DNA of 64,000 nucleotides from an uncultured Gammaproteobacteria bacterium (GTDB lineage Bacteria; Pseudomonadota; Gammaproteobacteria; JBGSLN01): NCBI GenBank assembly GCA_963695245.1, contig OY968770.1, positions 1,126,238 to 1,190,237 of the forward strand, read 5' to 3'. Shown piece by piece: positions 9,676 to 18,019 of this stretch (position 1 is its first letter; each line of letters starts with the position of its first letter). The notes under the pieces were generated by a model. It saw only the letters and a program-made list of their open reading frames with translations, ran no database searches and was not told where the DNA came from. The position numbers and the translations under genes were made by a program.

Positions 9676-10828
9676 GGCAAAACAGTTTGACATCATTATT
9701 GTGGGTGGCGGATTAAGTGGACTTTCTTTAGCTGTGGAATTACACCGTCAGGGTCTTTTAGAGAATAAAAAACTGTTAATTTTAGAAAAACGCAGCACCT
9801 ATGTGGATGATAAAAGCTGGTGCGGCTGGAATGTTTTACCCCATGGTTTTTCTCAGTGTGTAGGTAAAACCTGGGATGAATGGGAAGTAGGCTATAAAGG
9901 CAAGCATATTCTTCGTACTTCTAAGCAATATCAGTATCAATATATCAACTCTAAAAGCTTTTATGATTATTGCCTGAATTACATTCGCCAGAGCGCACAA
10001 ATTCAATTAAAGTTAAATACCGTGATTACCCAAATGAATGATCATGAGGTTACTTGTGACAATCTCCATTACAAAAGTGATTTAATTTTTGATGCTCGCG
10101 CTGCCCACATTGATTTTGATATACTTAAACCGAAAGATAATTACTTATTACAGGCTTTTTATGGTTTCAAAATCAAAACGCCTAAACCTGTGTTTAAGCC
10201 AGATACGCTGATATTGATGGATTTTTGCAGTTCGCAAACTAAGGGGATTAATTTTATTTATCTGTTACCGTTTACAGAAGATGAAGCGTTGATTGAGCCC
10301 ACTTATTTTTTGCATCACCCAGACATCCCGAATAAAGCGCACTTCTTTCAATTGGCAAAAGAGTATCTGAAAAAACGTTTCGCCTGTGATAACTTTGAAG
10401 TGCTTCATGAAGAAAAAGGGATATTACCAATGCAGCCCTGGCAAAAAAATAACTTTCAATATGACAAAAAAGGTATTGGCAGCGCTCATGGACTGATCAG
10501 GCCAGCCACAGGCTATGCTTTTTCAGGTATTCAGCGCAATATTCATGCTATAATCGCCAGTATGAAAGCCCAACTACCTTTGAAAGTGCATACTTATTCT
10601 AAAATGAGTGCCTGGATGGACTCGCTTTTTTTACAGGTATGTCGTAAAAATCATCGCGACGCAGACAAGCTGTTTTATGGGCTATTTGAACATGCCAATA
10701 GCGATGCACTGGTTCGTTTTATGCATGATAATGCAACCCTGCAAGATTATTTGAAAGTGATGTTGGCCATGCCAAAAGCTCGGTTTTTAAAAACAGCAAT
10801 GACGCGCCATTTGCGGCTTTGGAGTTAA
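9668..10828 (+). CDS. crtY: Lycopene beta-cyclase
   Basis: DIIIVGGGLSGLSLA FAD motif; C-terminus resembles CrtY (PATGYAFSG..., RFYGL-like region). Confidence 0.8.
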   Translation: MSEAKQFDIIIVGGGLSGLSLAVELHRQGLLENKKLLILEKRSTYVDDKSWCGWNVLPHGFSQCVGKTWDEWEVGYKGKHILRTSKQYQYQYINSKSFYDYCLNYIRQSAQIQLKLNTVITQMNDHEVTCDNLHYKSDLIFDARAAHIDFDILKPKDNYLLQAFYGFKIKTPKPVFKPDTLILMDFCSSQTKGINFIYLLPFTEDEALIEPTYFLHHPDIPNKAHFFQLAKEYLKKRFACDNFEVLHEEKGILPMQPWQKNNFQYDKKGIGSAHGLIRPATGYAFSGIQRNIHAIIASMKAQLPLKVHTYSKMSAWMDSLFLQVCRKNHRDADKLFYGLFEHANSDALVRFMHDNATLQDYLKVMLAMPKARFLKTAMTRHLRLWS

Positions 10829-10831
10829 GGG

Positions 10832-11335
10832 ATGAAAATATTTTTATTTTGTGTATTACTGCCTTTTGGCTATCTGTTTATTTTTGAATATTTAACTTAT
10901 CTGCTCCACAAACATGTGATGCATGGGTTTGGTTGGGTTTGGCATGATTCTCACCATCAAAATCCTGGTGGTGGTATTGAAAAAAATGATTATTATGCCG
11001 TGTGTTTTGCCATCATCGCTATGGGTTTATTCTATTTGAGTACTTTTGAAAAGAATGGTCTTTGGATTTTATCCATTGCCATTGGGTTAACGGCTTATGG
11101 CGTTTTATATTTTCTGGTACATGACGTTCTAATCCATCGAAGGTGGCCTAATGCTCTTTATCGTAAAATTCAAAGCCCTTACATTAAGCGATTAATTCGC
11201 GCTCACGCTATTCATCATAAATTAAAAACAAAGCATGGCAACGAAGCTTTTGGATTTTTGTATGCACCCAAAAAATATCGTTATCCCACTGAAAATCTGG
11301 AAACCCTAAAAAGCAAACTGCAAGAGGTGCAATAA
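10832..11335 (+). CDS. crtZ: Beta-carotene hydroxylase
   Basis: 167 aa; His boxes HKHVMHGFGW, HDSHH, HDVLIHRR, HAIHH typical of CrtZ. Confidence 0.8.
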   Translation: MKIFLFCVLLPFGYLFIFEYLTYLLHKHVMHGFGWVWHDSHHQNPGGGIEKNDYYAVCFAIIAMGLFYLSTFEKNGLWILSIAIGLTAYGVLYFLVHDVLIHRRWPNALYRKIQSPYIKRLIRAHAIHHKLKTKHGNEAFGFLYAPKKYRYPTENLETLKSKLQEVQ

Positions 11336-11336
11336 A

Positions 11337-12383
11337 ATGCCTTTTGCCTCAGATTCAGAATATGTAACTGCAAAAGCCCCAGGAAAATTAATTTTATCTG
11401 GAGAACATGCCGTGGTACATGGTGCGCCTGCTTTGGCCATGGCCATTGACAAATTTACCCAAACCAGCATTAAAAAAGCCAGCCATATTCCCAGCTTTTT
11501 AAATTTACAGGCGTTGAATTTAAAAAAATCCGTGCCTTTTTCCATGTTAAAAGCCTTAGAAGATCAATTTTTAAGTAAACACAAATTATATCAATCGGGG
11601 AAAGCCTTAATCAAAGATGTGTTGTCTGAGCCTTTAGATTTAGCTATTTTTACTGCAGCTAAAATTTTGAAAATTATCGGTGCGCCTTTAAAGTATGGAT
11701 TGGATATTCAAACAACCTCTACGATTCCTGTAAGCTGTGGCATGGGATCTTCTGCTGCCAGCATTGTTAGCCTTATTAAAGCGCTGCAAAGCTTTTTAAA
11801 CTTAAATATCGAAGATAAACTGCTCATGGATATCGCACTTCAAGCAGAAAATCTTCAGCATGGACAATCCAGTGGTTTAGATTTACGTTTATCCATGCAA
11901 GGTGGCTGTTTGTATTTTCAAAATCAAAAATTTGAAACCATACACGGGATTCAAACGCCCTTAACCATTATCAAAACCGGCAAACCTGCAACCACCACAG
12001 GCGAGTGTGTCAGTCACACCACCAGATTTTTTCAGCAAAGCGAGTTAATAGAGCAATTTGCCAGCACCACTAAAACTATGCAACAGGCTGTGGCAGCTAA
12101 TGACACCCATTTGTTGCATAAAAGTATTCGACAAAATCATCGTCTGCTAACTGCCATTGAAGTTGTGCCACAAACCGTCAACCAATTCATCCATAACCTC
12201 GAAAACGCCAATATTTCTGCCAAAATTTCCGGCTCCGGTGCGGTATACGGCGATAATGCAGGCATTGTTATGGCACTTGGCGACAAAAAAGTTATCAAAA
12301 AAATCGCAAAAGAGGCAGGCTACACTGTAGATAGCATTTCTCAAAATCACGGTGGAGCGGCCTTGGTGTCCCAGGCTGAGTAA
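11337..12383 (+). CDS. mvk: Mevalonate kinase (GHMP kinase)
   Basis: N-terminal KLILSGEHAVVHGAPALAMAI plus GHMP motif PVSCGMGSSAAS; overlaps the crtZ stop (TAAAATG). Confidence 0.65.
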   Translation: MPFASDSEYVTAKAPGKLILSGEHAVVHGAPALAMAIDKFTQTSIKKASHIPSFLNLQALNLKKSVPFSMLKALEDQFLSKHKLYQSGKALIKDVLSEPLDLAIFTAAKILKIIGAPLKYGLDIQTTSTIPVSCGMGSSAASIVSLIKALQSFLNLNIEDKLLMDIALQAENLQHGQSSGLDLRLSMQGGCLYFQNQKFETIHGIQTPLTIIKTGKPATTTGECVSHTTRFFQQSELIEQFASTTKTMQQAVAANDTHLLHKSIRQNHRLLTAIEVVPQTVNQFIHNLENANISAKISGSGAVYGDNAGIVMALGDKKVIKKIAKEAGYTVDSISQNHGGAALVSQAE

Positions 12384-12416
12384 GATTTAAAATATTATTT
12401 TTAAAGCTTTATTACA

Positions 12417-12527
12417 ATGTAGGTTGGTGCTGACGTAAGGAAGCCCAACAGGGTTATTCATTTAATTACGGCTTAATTTAATTGAAACAGCCTGTTGGGC
12501 TTCCTTACGTCAGCACCAACCTACATT
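12417..12527. repeat. MITE/REP-like palindromic element, copy 2
   Basis: ATGTAGGTTGGTGCTGACGTAAGGAAGCCCAACAG ... CTGTTGGGCTTCCTTACGTCAGCACCAACCTACAT; the two arms carry compensatory changes. Confidence 0.85.
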
Positions 12528-12534
12528 TATTATT

Positions 12535-13860
12535 CTAAAGTGACCTTAACTTTAGCAAAACCCCATTTTTAGGCTTCAAAGTAACAATATGTTCCACACC
12601 CACATGATGCTCAGGGTGAATCGTTAATTCGAACCGCTGTAATACCATAGCAATAATGATGATGGATTCCACAGGCGCAAAATGGCCGGCAACACAGACT
12701 CTGGGGCCAGCACCGAAAGGTAGGAAGGCAAAGGGTGGAGGTTTGGCGTAAGTGTCGCAAAAATGTCTTTCGGGAATAAAATCTAATGGTTGTTCCCAAT
12801 AGCATTGACGTCGATGCAGTGTGTAGGGAGAAATTAAAATCGTCGAGTTTTTTGGAATAAAATATTCACCTAAGTAATCATCCACTTGATTGACTCTGGG
12901 TGTCAGCCAGATGGGTGGATAGAGTCGAATGGCTTCTTCGAAGATGCCGCGGGTGTAAGGCAGATTTTTAAGGTCTTCAAACTCGGGTGGTTTAGATCCA
13001 ATAACTCTTTTAATTTCACAACGGGCTTTATCTTGTATATCAGGATTTTCTGACAAAAGTTTAAAGGCAAAACCCAAAGTAGAGCCGGTGGTTTCGTGTC
13101 CTGTCATCAAAAAAGTTTTTGCTTCATCATATATTTCTACCTCAGAGAGTTTTGAACCATCTTCATTTTCTAAAGTGAGAATTTTATTAATTAAACTGTC
13201 AGTGTGAGGATTTTCACGGGCATTTTGCAAAATGTCTTCAATGTGCTGTTTTAAAATGCTTCGAGCTTTTCGATAGCGCATACCGCTTAAAGTCGGGATA
13301 TTTGGCCACAGCCCTGGGAATGAAGCAGAATAACGATTGTCTAAATAAATCGCCTGCAAGGCATTTTCAATCTCTGTCTCTGACAGGTTTTGTTTAAAAA
13401 AAGCCTCAACAGCAATTTCATAAGTGACTTTCATAATTTCATGACTGAAATCAATATAATCGCCGGTATTTTGTGGCTTATCAGCCAGCATCGCCAATCT
13501 TTTTTCAGTGACTTGTTGGATAGTATTTACATAATTTAAAATACGGGTAGGGGTAAAAAAAGGTGCCATGGCAAGTCGGCGAGTGCGCCATTGACTGCCA
13601 TTTAACATTAAAATTCCTTTACCCAAAAAGCGAGCCATGGGTTTTGTTCTGGCACCGGTTCTCAAATAGATATCAGGTTTTTGTTTTAAAACCTGTTTTA
13701 TCATTTCGGCATCGTTGATAAGGTATCCGCGATCATAGCAAGGCACTTTAACGATACCGCCAAAATCTTCCATCAACTCACAGTAATACTGTAATCTGTC
13801 CGGCGCAGCTTCCAGCATAAAAGAAAAGTAAGAAGGGCCTTTAGGTAATTTTTTTTTCAT
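12535..13860 (-). CDS. Cytochrome P450 (eukaryotic CYP4/CYP102-like class)
   Basis: Heme loop FGAGPRVCVAGHFA, ExxR EAIRLYPP, MTGHETTG I-helix. Confidence 0.85.
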   Translation of the reverse strand: MKKKLPKGPSYFSFMLEAAPDRLQYYCELMEDFGGIVKVPCYDRGYLINDAEMIKQVLKQKPDIYLRTGARTKPMARFLGKGILMLNGSQWRTRRLAMAPFFTPTRILNYVNTIQQVTEKRLAMLADKPQNTGDYIDFSHEIMKVTYEIAVEAFFKQNLSETEIENALQAIYLDNRYSASFPGLWPNIPTLSGMRYRKARSILKQHIEDILQNARENPHTDSLINKILTLENEDGSKLSEVEIYDEAKTFLMTGHETTGSTLGFAFKLLSENPDIQDKARCEIKRVIGSKPPEFEDLKNLPYTRGIFEEAIRLYPPIWLTPRVNQVDDYLGEYFIPKNSTILISPYTLHRRQCYWEQPLDFIPERHFCDTYAKPPPFAFLPFGAGPRVCVAGHFAPVESIIIIAMVLQRFELTIHPEHHVGVEHIVTLKPKNGVLLKLRSL

Positions 13861-15200
13861 AAAAAAACCTTAATACCATATTTGGGTTTTAAAGAAATAA
13901 TATGCTCGAAATCCAAAGGGTGATCCTCATCCAGCTTTAAAGTTAAATTTTGCATTAAAACTGCCAAAATTAAAACGGCTTCTTTCATGGCAAAAGCGCC
14001 AGCGATACAACCTCTTGGGCCTTTTAAAAAAGGGATAAAAGCAAATTCAGGGGGTTGCTTTTCATAATCAGGTAAATGTCGTTCTGGTTTGAACTTAAGC
14101 GCATCCTCCCAATATAAAGATCGACGATGCAAAGTGTAGGGAGAAATGAATAGGTTGGTGTTTTTTTTGATAAAGTAATCACCCAAATAATCATCTTGCT
14201 GGCAGACTCTTAAAGTGATCCAGATGGGCGGATACAATCTTAAACTTTCCAAAAAAACCGCCTGGGTATATTTTAGCTGCTCTAACTGGCTGATACTGAT
14301 GGCGCCATCCCCACAAACCGCTTTCAATTCCTGCTTAATCTGGTTTTGTATTTCAGGATATTGCGCAATCAATTTTAAAGTCCAGCCTAAGGCGGTGCCG
14401 GTGGTTTCGTGTCCTGTCATAAGGAAAGTCACCACTTCATCAAAGATAACAGATGCTTCTAAAGGATCGCCCTGAAGATTCTTAGCATTGAGAATTTTGT
14501 CTACTAAAAAATGATCATTGGGCTTTTTTTTTGCATTTGAAATAATATTTTCAATGAAGCTATCTAAAAATTTTGCAACTTTTCGGTAACGAAAATAGCT
14601 GATAGAAGGAAACCAGGGTAACATATTGGGAAGAGACGTAGCGTAAGCATGTTTATAGTAGATAGCTGTTAAAACTTTATCTAAAGTAGATGCTGAAATA
14701 TTCTGATTATAAAAAATTTTTAGCGTCACTTCAAAAACTAAAGCCATAATGGCCTGATAGATATCAAAACTTTGATGAGTACCAGAAAATTGACTTTGCC
14801 AGTTTTGCAGATGCCTGTGTGTGAGTGAGCAGATAGGTTCTATATAGTCTGAAAAGTGCTTTGGTTGAAAAAAAGGGGCGAATTGTCGACGACGGTTGCG
14901 CCAATTTGCACCTTCAGTCATTAAAAGCCCATTCCCCAGGCACATTCGAATCGGTTTAAAGCCAAGACCGCCTTTGAGATAATTATCTGGGTTTTCCTTT
15001 AAAATATATTTTAAAAAATCCGCGCTGTTTACCAGATAACTGCGAGTAAACGCCGGCACTTTAACTATGTCACCGTAATCTTCCATGAGCTCATAACAGT
15101 ACTGTAGACGGTCAGAAACCATTTCTCCCATGTAAGAAAAATAAGAAGGACCTGGCGGTGGACATTTATGCTTCATGATTTTTGCGCAATATATATGCAA
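13857..15200 (-). CDS. Cytochrome P450, tandem paralog
   Basis: FLKGPRGCIAGAFA, ESLRLYPP, MTGHETTG; 4-nt overlap with the downstream P450. Confidence 0.85.
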   Translation of the reverse strand: MHIYCAKIMKHKCPPPGPSYFSYMGEMVSDRLQYCYELMEDYGDIVKVPAFTRSYLVNSADFLKYILKENPDNYLKGGLGFKPIRMCLGNGLLMTEGANWRNRRRQFAPFFQPKHFSDYIEPICSLTHRHLQNWQSQFSGTHQSFDIYQAIMALVFEVTLKIFYNQNISASTLDKVLTAIYYKHAYATSLPNMLPWFPSISYFRYRKVAKFLDSFIENIISNAKKKPNDHFLVDKILNAKNLQGDPLEASVIFDEVVTFLMTGHETTGTALGWTLKLIAQYPEIQNQIKQELKAVCGDGAISISQLEQLKYTQAVFLESLRLYPPIWITLRVCQQDDYLGDYFIKKNTNLFISPYTLHRRSLYWEDALKFKPERHLPDYEKQPPEFAFIPFLKGPRGCIAGAFAMKEAVLILAVLMQNLTLKLDEDHPLDFEHIISLKPKYGIKVFL

Positions 15201-15291
15201 AATAAAAAAATATCCCTGAAAAACATCGATTTCTTTATTTCAGACAGTTACAATTTGGAATTAGTATTTTTTTCACTTTATCGACATTTTA

Positions 15292-15963
15292 ATGGCTCTG
15301 CAACGTTTAAAAACAATAATGATAGTTTCATCCATTCTTTTGCTTTTGTCAGGGTGTACTTCCAGTTTGTGGAACCGCTATCCACCCCCCCAACCAGAAG
15401 CAAAGCAAGGTGCTATTGCGGGATCCGTTGCTGGTGCTATTATTGGCGGTGCCGCAGTTGGCTCTGTAGCAGGGTTTGGTTTTGGCGCTGTAGCTGGTGG
15501 TGTGTTGGGCGCATCTTTTGCTGATGTGGTTAAAAGTCATATGAGTTTGGTTGAGACCCTTCAGTATAATGGTGTTCAGGTCATTGAGTTAGGGGATGAA
15601 ATCCAATTGATACTACCTGCCATGCGCTTTTTTAAACCTAAGTCTCCCTTAATGAATATGCAGTATTACGGTATACTGGCAAAAGTTGGTAAATTTATTA
15701 AACAATTTCCTAAAGTGAGTGTGGAAGTTGCAGGTTACACTGATAATCAAGGTGCCTGGCAGCGTAATTTGGCTTTATCAAAAGCACAGGCTCGAAATAT
15801 TATGAAGTTTTTATGGGATGAAGGTATCGATACCCGCCTGATTTATGCAGTGGGATATGGCAGTAAAGATCCTATTGCCAGCAATGCTACGGTAAAAGGG
15901 CGAATGTTGAATAACCGAATTGTCATCAGCCTTCGAAAAATCAGAGAGTACGATGATATCTAG
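15292..15963 (+). CDS. icmN: Dot/Icm T4BSS outer-membrane lipoprotein IcmN/DotK (OmpA-like C-terminal domain)
   Basis: Lipobox LLLSGCTSS, Gly/Ala-rich linker, OmpA-like segment VEVAGYTDNQGAWQRNLALSKAQAR...NRIVISL; position ahead of icmM/L/K. Confidence 0.75.
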   Translation: MALQRLKTIMIVSSILLLLSGCTSSLWNRYPPPQPEAKQGAIAGSVAGAIIGGAAVGSVAGFGFGAVAGGVLGASFADVVKSHMSLVETLQYNGVQVIELGDEIQLILPAMRFFKPKSPLMNMQYYGILAKVGKFIKQFPKVSVEVAGYTDNQGAWQRNLALSKAQARNIMKFLWDEGIDTRLIYAVGYGSKDPIASNATVKGRMLNNRIVISLRKIREYDDI

Positions 15964-16195
15964 AGAGCTTGAGGCACGAAAAAACCATAAAAATTATTAT
16001 CAGAAAAATTTAAAAAGCGTGACGAATTTGCTTTTTGTATGTACTTTGGTGATGCTGATATTAATTGTGGTTATTTTATATAAATTCTTCACTTTGCCAG
16101 AACCCTATTATTATTCTACATCCACAGCGGGCCAGCTATTTGAGCTAACACCCGTACCAAAAGGCACGGGACTTGTGGCTCGGGATCAAAACTAA
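15920..16195 (+). CDS. icmM: Dot/Icm IcmM/DotJ-like small membrane protein (likely start ATG 15953)
   Basis: Single TM; C-terminal PEPYYYSTSTAGQLFELTPVPKG is paralogous to IcmL PPAPKYFATSTSGRIVPLVPLNEP; synteny. Confidence 0.55.
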   Translation: MSSAFEKSESTMISRELEARKNHKNYYQKNLKSVTNLLFVCTLVMLILIVVILYKFFTLPEPYYYSTSTAGQLFELTPVPKGTGLVARDQN

Positions 16196-16206
16196 TTGAG
16201 GTAGAT

Positions 16207-16851
16207 ATGGCTGATAAAAGCGCTGTAGAGCTGGTTAGATTACGAAATGATTTTTATCGGGATAACTATCGCAGGATAGTCAGTATTCTGTTGTTATCTT
16301 TCATGATCATTATTTTATTGATTGGTTCAATGGTGTATATCTTGACACATCCACCGGCACCGAAATACTTTGCTACCAGTACTTCTGGTCGCATTGTGCC
16401 TTTAGTGCCTTTAAATGAACCCAATTTATCTACCGCTGCACTTTTACAGTGGGCAAATACTGCCGCGGTTGCCGCTTTTACTTACAACTTTGTCAATTAC
16501 CGCCAAGAACTGCAGGCTGCCTCGGAATTTTTTACACCGGAAGGATGGTCAGCATATTTACAAAGTTTGGTGGCCTCTGATAACCTCAAAGCAGTTAAAG
16601 CTAAAAAGCTTGTGGTTTCAGCGGTGGCTACGGGTGCCCCGATTATTAACCAAAGAGGAGTAGTTGATGGCCGTTATACCTGGCAAGTGCAGATGCCATT
16701 ACTGGTTACCTATCAAAGTTTGAGCCAAATCACTGAGCAAAGTCTGATGGTGAATATGGTCATTACCCGAATATCTACCCTTGATTCTCCTCGCGGTATT
16801 GGTATAGCACAGTTTATTGCAACCAGAAGCGGAAAAACCAACGAGGTCTAA
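16207..16851 (+). CDS. icmL: Dot/Icm inner-membrane protein IcmL/DotI
   Basis: 214 aa, N-terminal TM, synteny; similar in size to L. pneumophila IcmL. Confidence 0.8.
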   Translation: MADKSAVELVRLRNDFYRDNYRRIVSILLLSFMIIILLIGSMVYILTHPPAPKYFATSTSGRIVPLVPLNEPNLSTAALLQWANTAAVAAFTYNFVNYRQELQAASEFFTPEGWSAYLQSLVASDNLKAVKAKKLVVSAVATGAPIINQRGVVDGRYTWQVQMPLLVTYQSLSQITEQSLMVNMVITRISTLDSPRGIGIAQFIATRSGKTNEV

Positions 16852-16858
16852 ATAAATA

Positions 16859-18016
16859 ATGATGAGAAAAAAAATTACCCAAAACGTTTTGTTGCTGCTT
16901 GTCATGCTGATATTGCCCTTAAGTGCTGTGGCTGCAAATGGCGATATCGCTCAATCTGGCACGGGTGATCAGACACAAAATACCGCTAATAATCAGGGGC
17001 AGTCTAATTCACCACCAACCGCCAATCAGGATCTGCAGATGTTGCAGGAAATTCAGGCTATGCAAAAAAAGCAGGCAGCCGCAGATGCAGGTAATCTTTC
17101 CCAGAACGTAAACTCTACAGATGGATCTAACTCAAATACCGCACCGACCACTTATGTTAACCATGCAAGGGAAGCACAGCAGTATCATTCGAATTTTAAA
17201 TATCCTTTTGCGAATGCTCAATTCCAACATGGTCAAGTGATGAAAGGCATTCGAAATGGCGCATTTGGTAGTGCAGTGCAACAAGCTTTACCTTTGAACC
17301 CTGAAGAAATCCATCGGTTGAAACAATTATATAACTCAGCGCAATTTGCGGCAGCTGCGCCAGCCGGTACGCCGCCAAAACCTATTGCTACATCTTTATA
17401 TGTAAATTTATCACCGGGTGCTTCGCCTCCAGCAATACGCTTAAGTGAAGGGTTTGTTTCGTCCTTAGTGTTTTTAGATTCAACCGGAGCACCCTGGCCC
17501 ATTGCTGCGTACGATCTAGGCAACCCAAGTGCATTTAATATTGCCTGGAATAAAAAAGGCAACGTCTTGATGGTACAAGCTAAAACCCTATACACTTATG
17601 GTAATTTGGCTGTCAGGTTGAAAGGCTTAAATACGCCCGTGATGCTGACTTTAATTCCTGGCCAGTCTATTGTTGATTATCGTACGGATATTACTGTACC
17701 TGGTTATGGACCAGATGCAAAATCACTACCCATTAATACAGGCCTGCCACCGGAAGCCGCACCTGTTTTATTAAATATTTTAGATGGTGTAACCCCTCAG
17801 GGCAGTGATGTGCTGCAAATGCCCAGTAACTTCGGGCAAGCATGGCGCTTGAAAGGCAAAATGTACATTCGAACACATTATACATTACTCTCACCTGGCT
17901 GGTTGGCAACCATGTCCAGTGCAGATGGAACGAATGCTTATGAATTACAACCAACGCCAATGTTGCTAATGTCAAAAAACGGTAAAATTGAACACGTTAA
18001 AATAGGGGGGCTGTAA
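16859..18016 (+). CDS. icmK: Dot/Icm outer-membrane core protein IcmK/DotH
   Basis: Signal peptide, Q/N-rich N-terminus, 385 aa, synteny. Confidence 0.8.
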   Translation: MMRKKITQNVLLLLVMLILPLSAVAANGDIAQSGTGDQTQNTANNQGQSNSPPTANQDLQMLQEIQAMQKKQAAADAGNLSQNVNSTDGSNSNTAPTTYVNHAREAQQYHSNFKYPFANAQFQHGQVMKGIRNGAFGSAVQQALPLNPEEIHRLKQLYNSAQFAAAAPAGTPPKPIATSLYVNLSPGASPPAIRLSEGFVSSLVFLDSTGAPWPIAAYDLGNPSAFNIAWNKKGNVLMVQAKTLYTYGNLAVRLKGLNTPVMLTLIPGQSIVDYRTDITVPGYGPDAKSLPINTGLPPEAAPVLLNILDGVTPQGSDVLQMPSNFGQAWRLKGKMYIRTHYTLLSPGWLATMSSADGTNAYELQPTPMLLMSKNGKIEHVKIGGL

Positions 18017-18019
18017 CCA

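Noticed and set aside
15201-15291. PmrA-type box (TTAATATT-N2-TTAATATT or TTAA-N6-TTAA) upstream of icmN and other icm genes
   Set aside because: Only loose TTACAATTTGGAATTAG similarity. No convincing direct-repeat match was found upstream of icmN, icmG or the effector-like genes.
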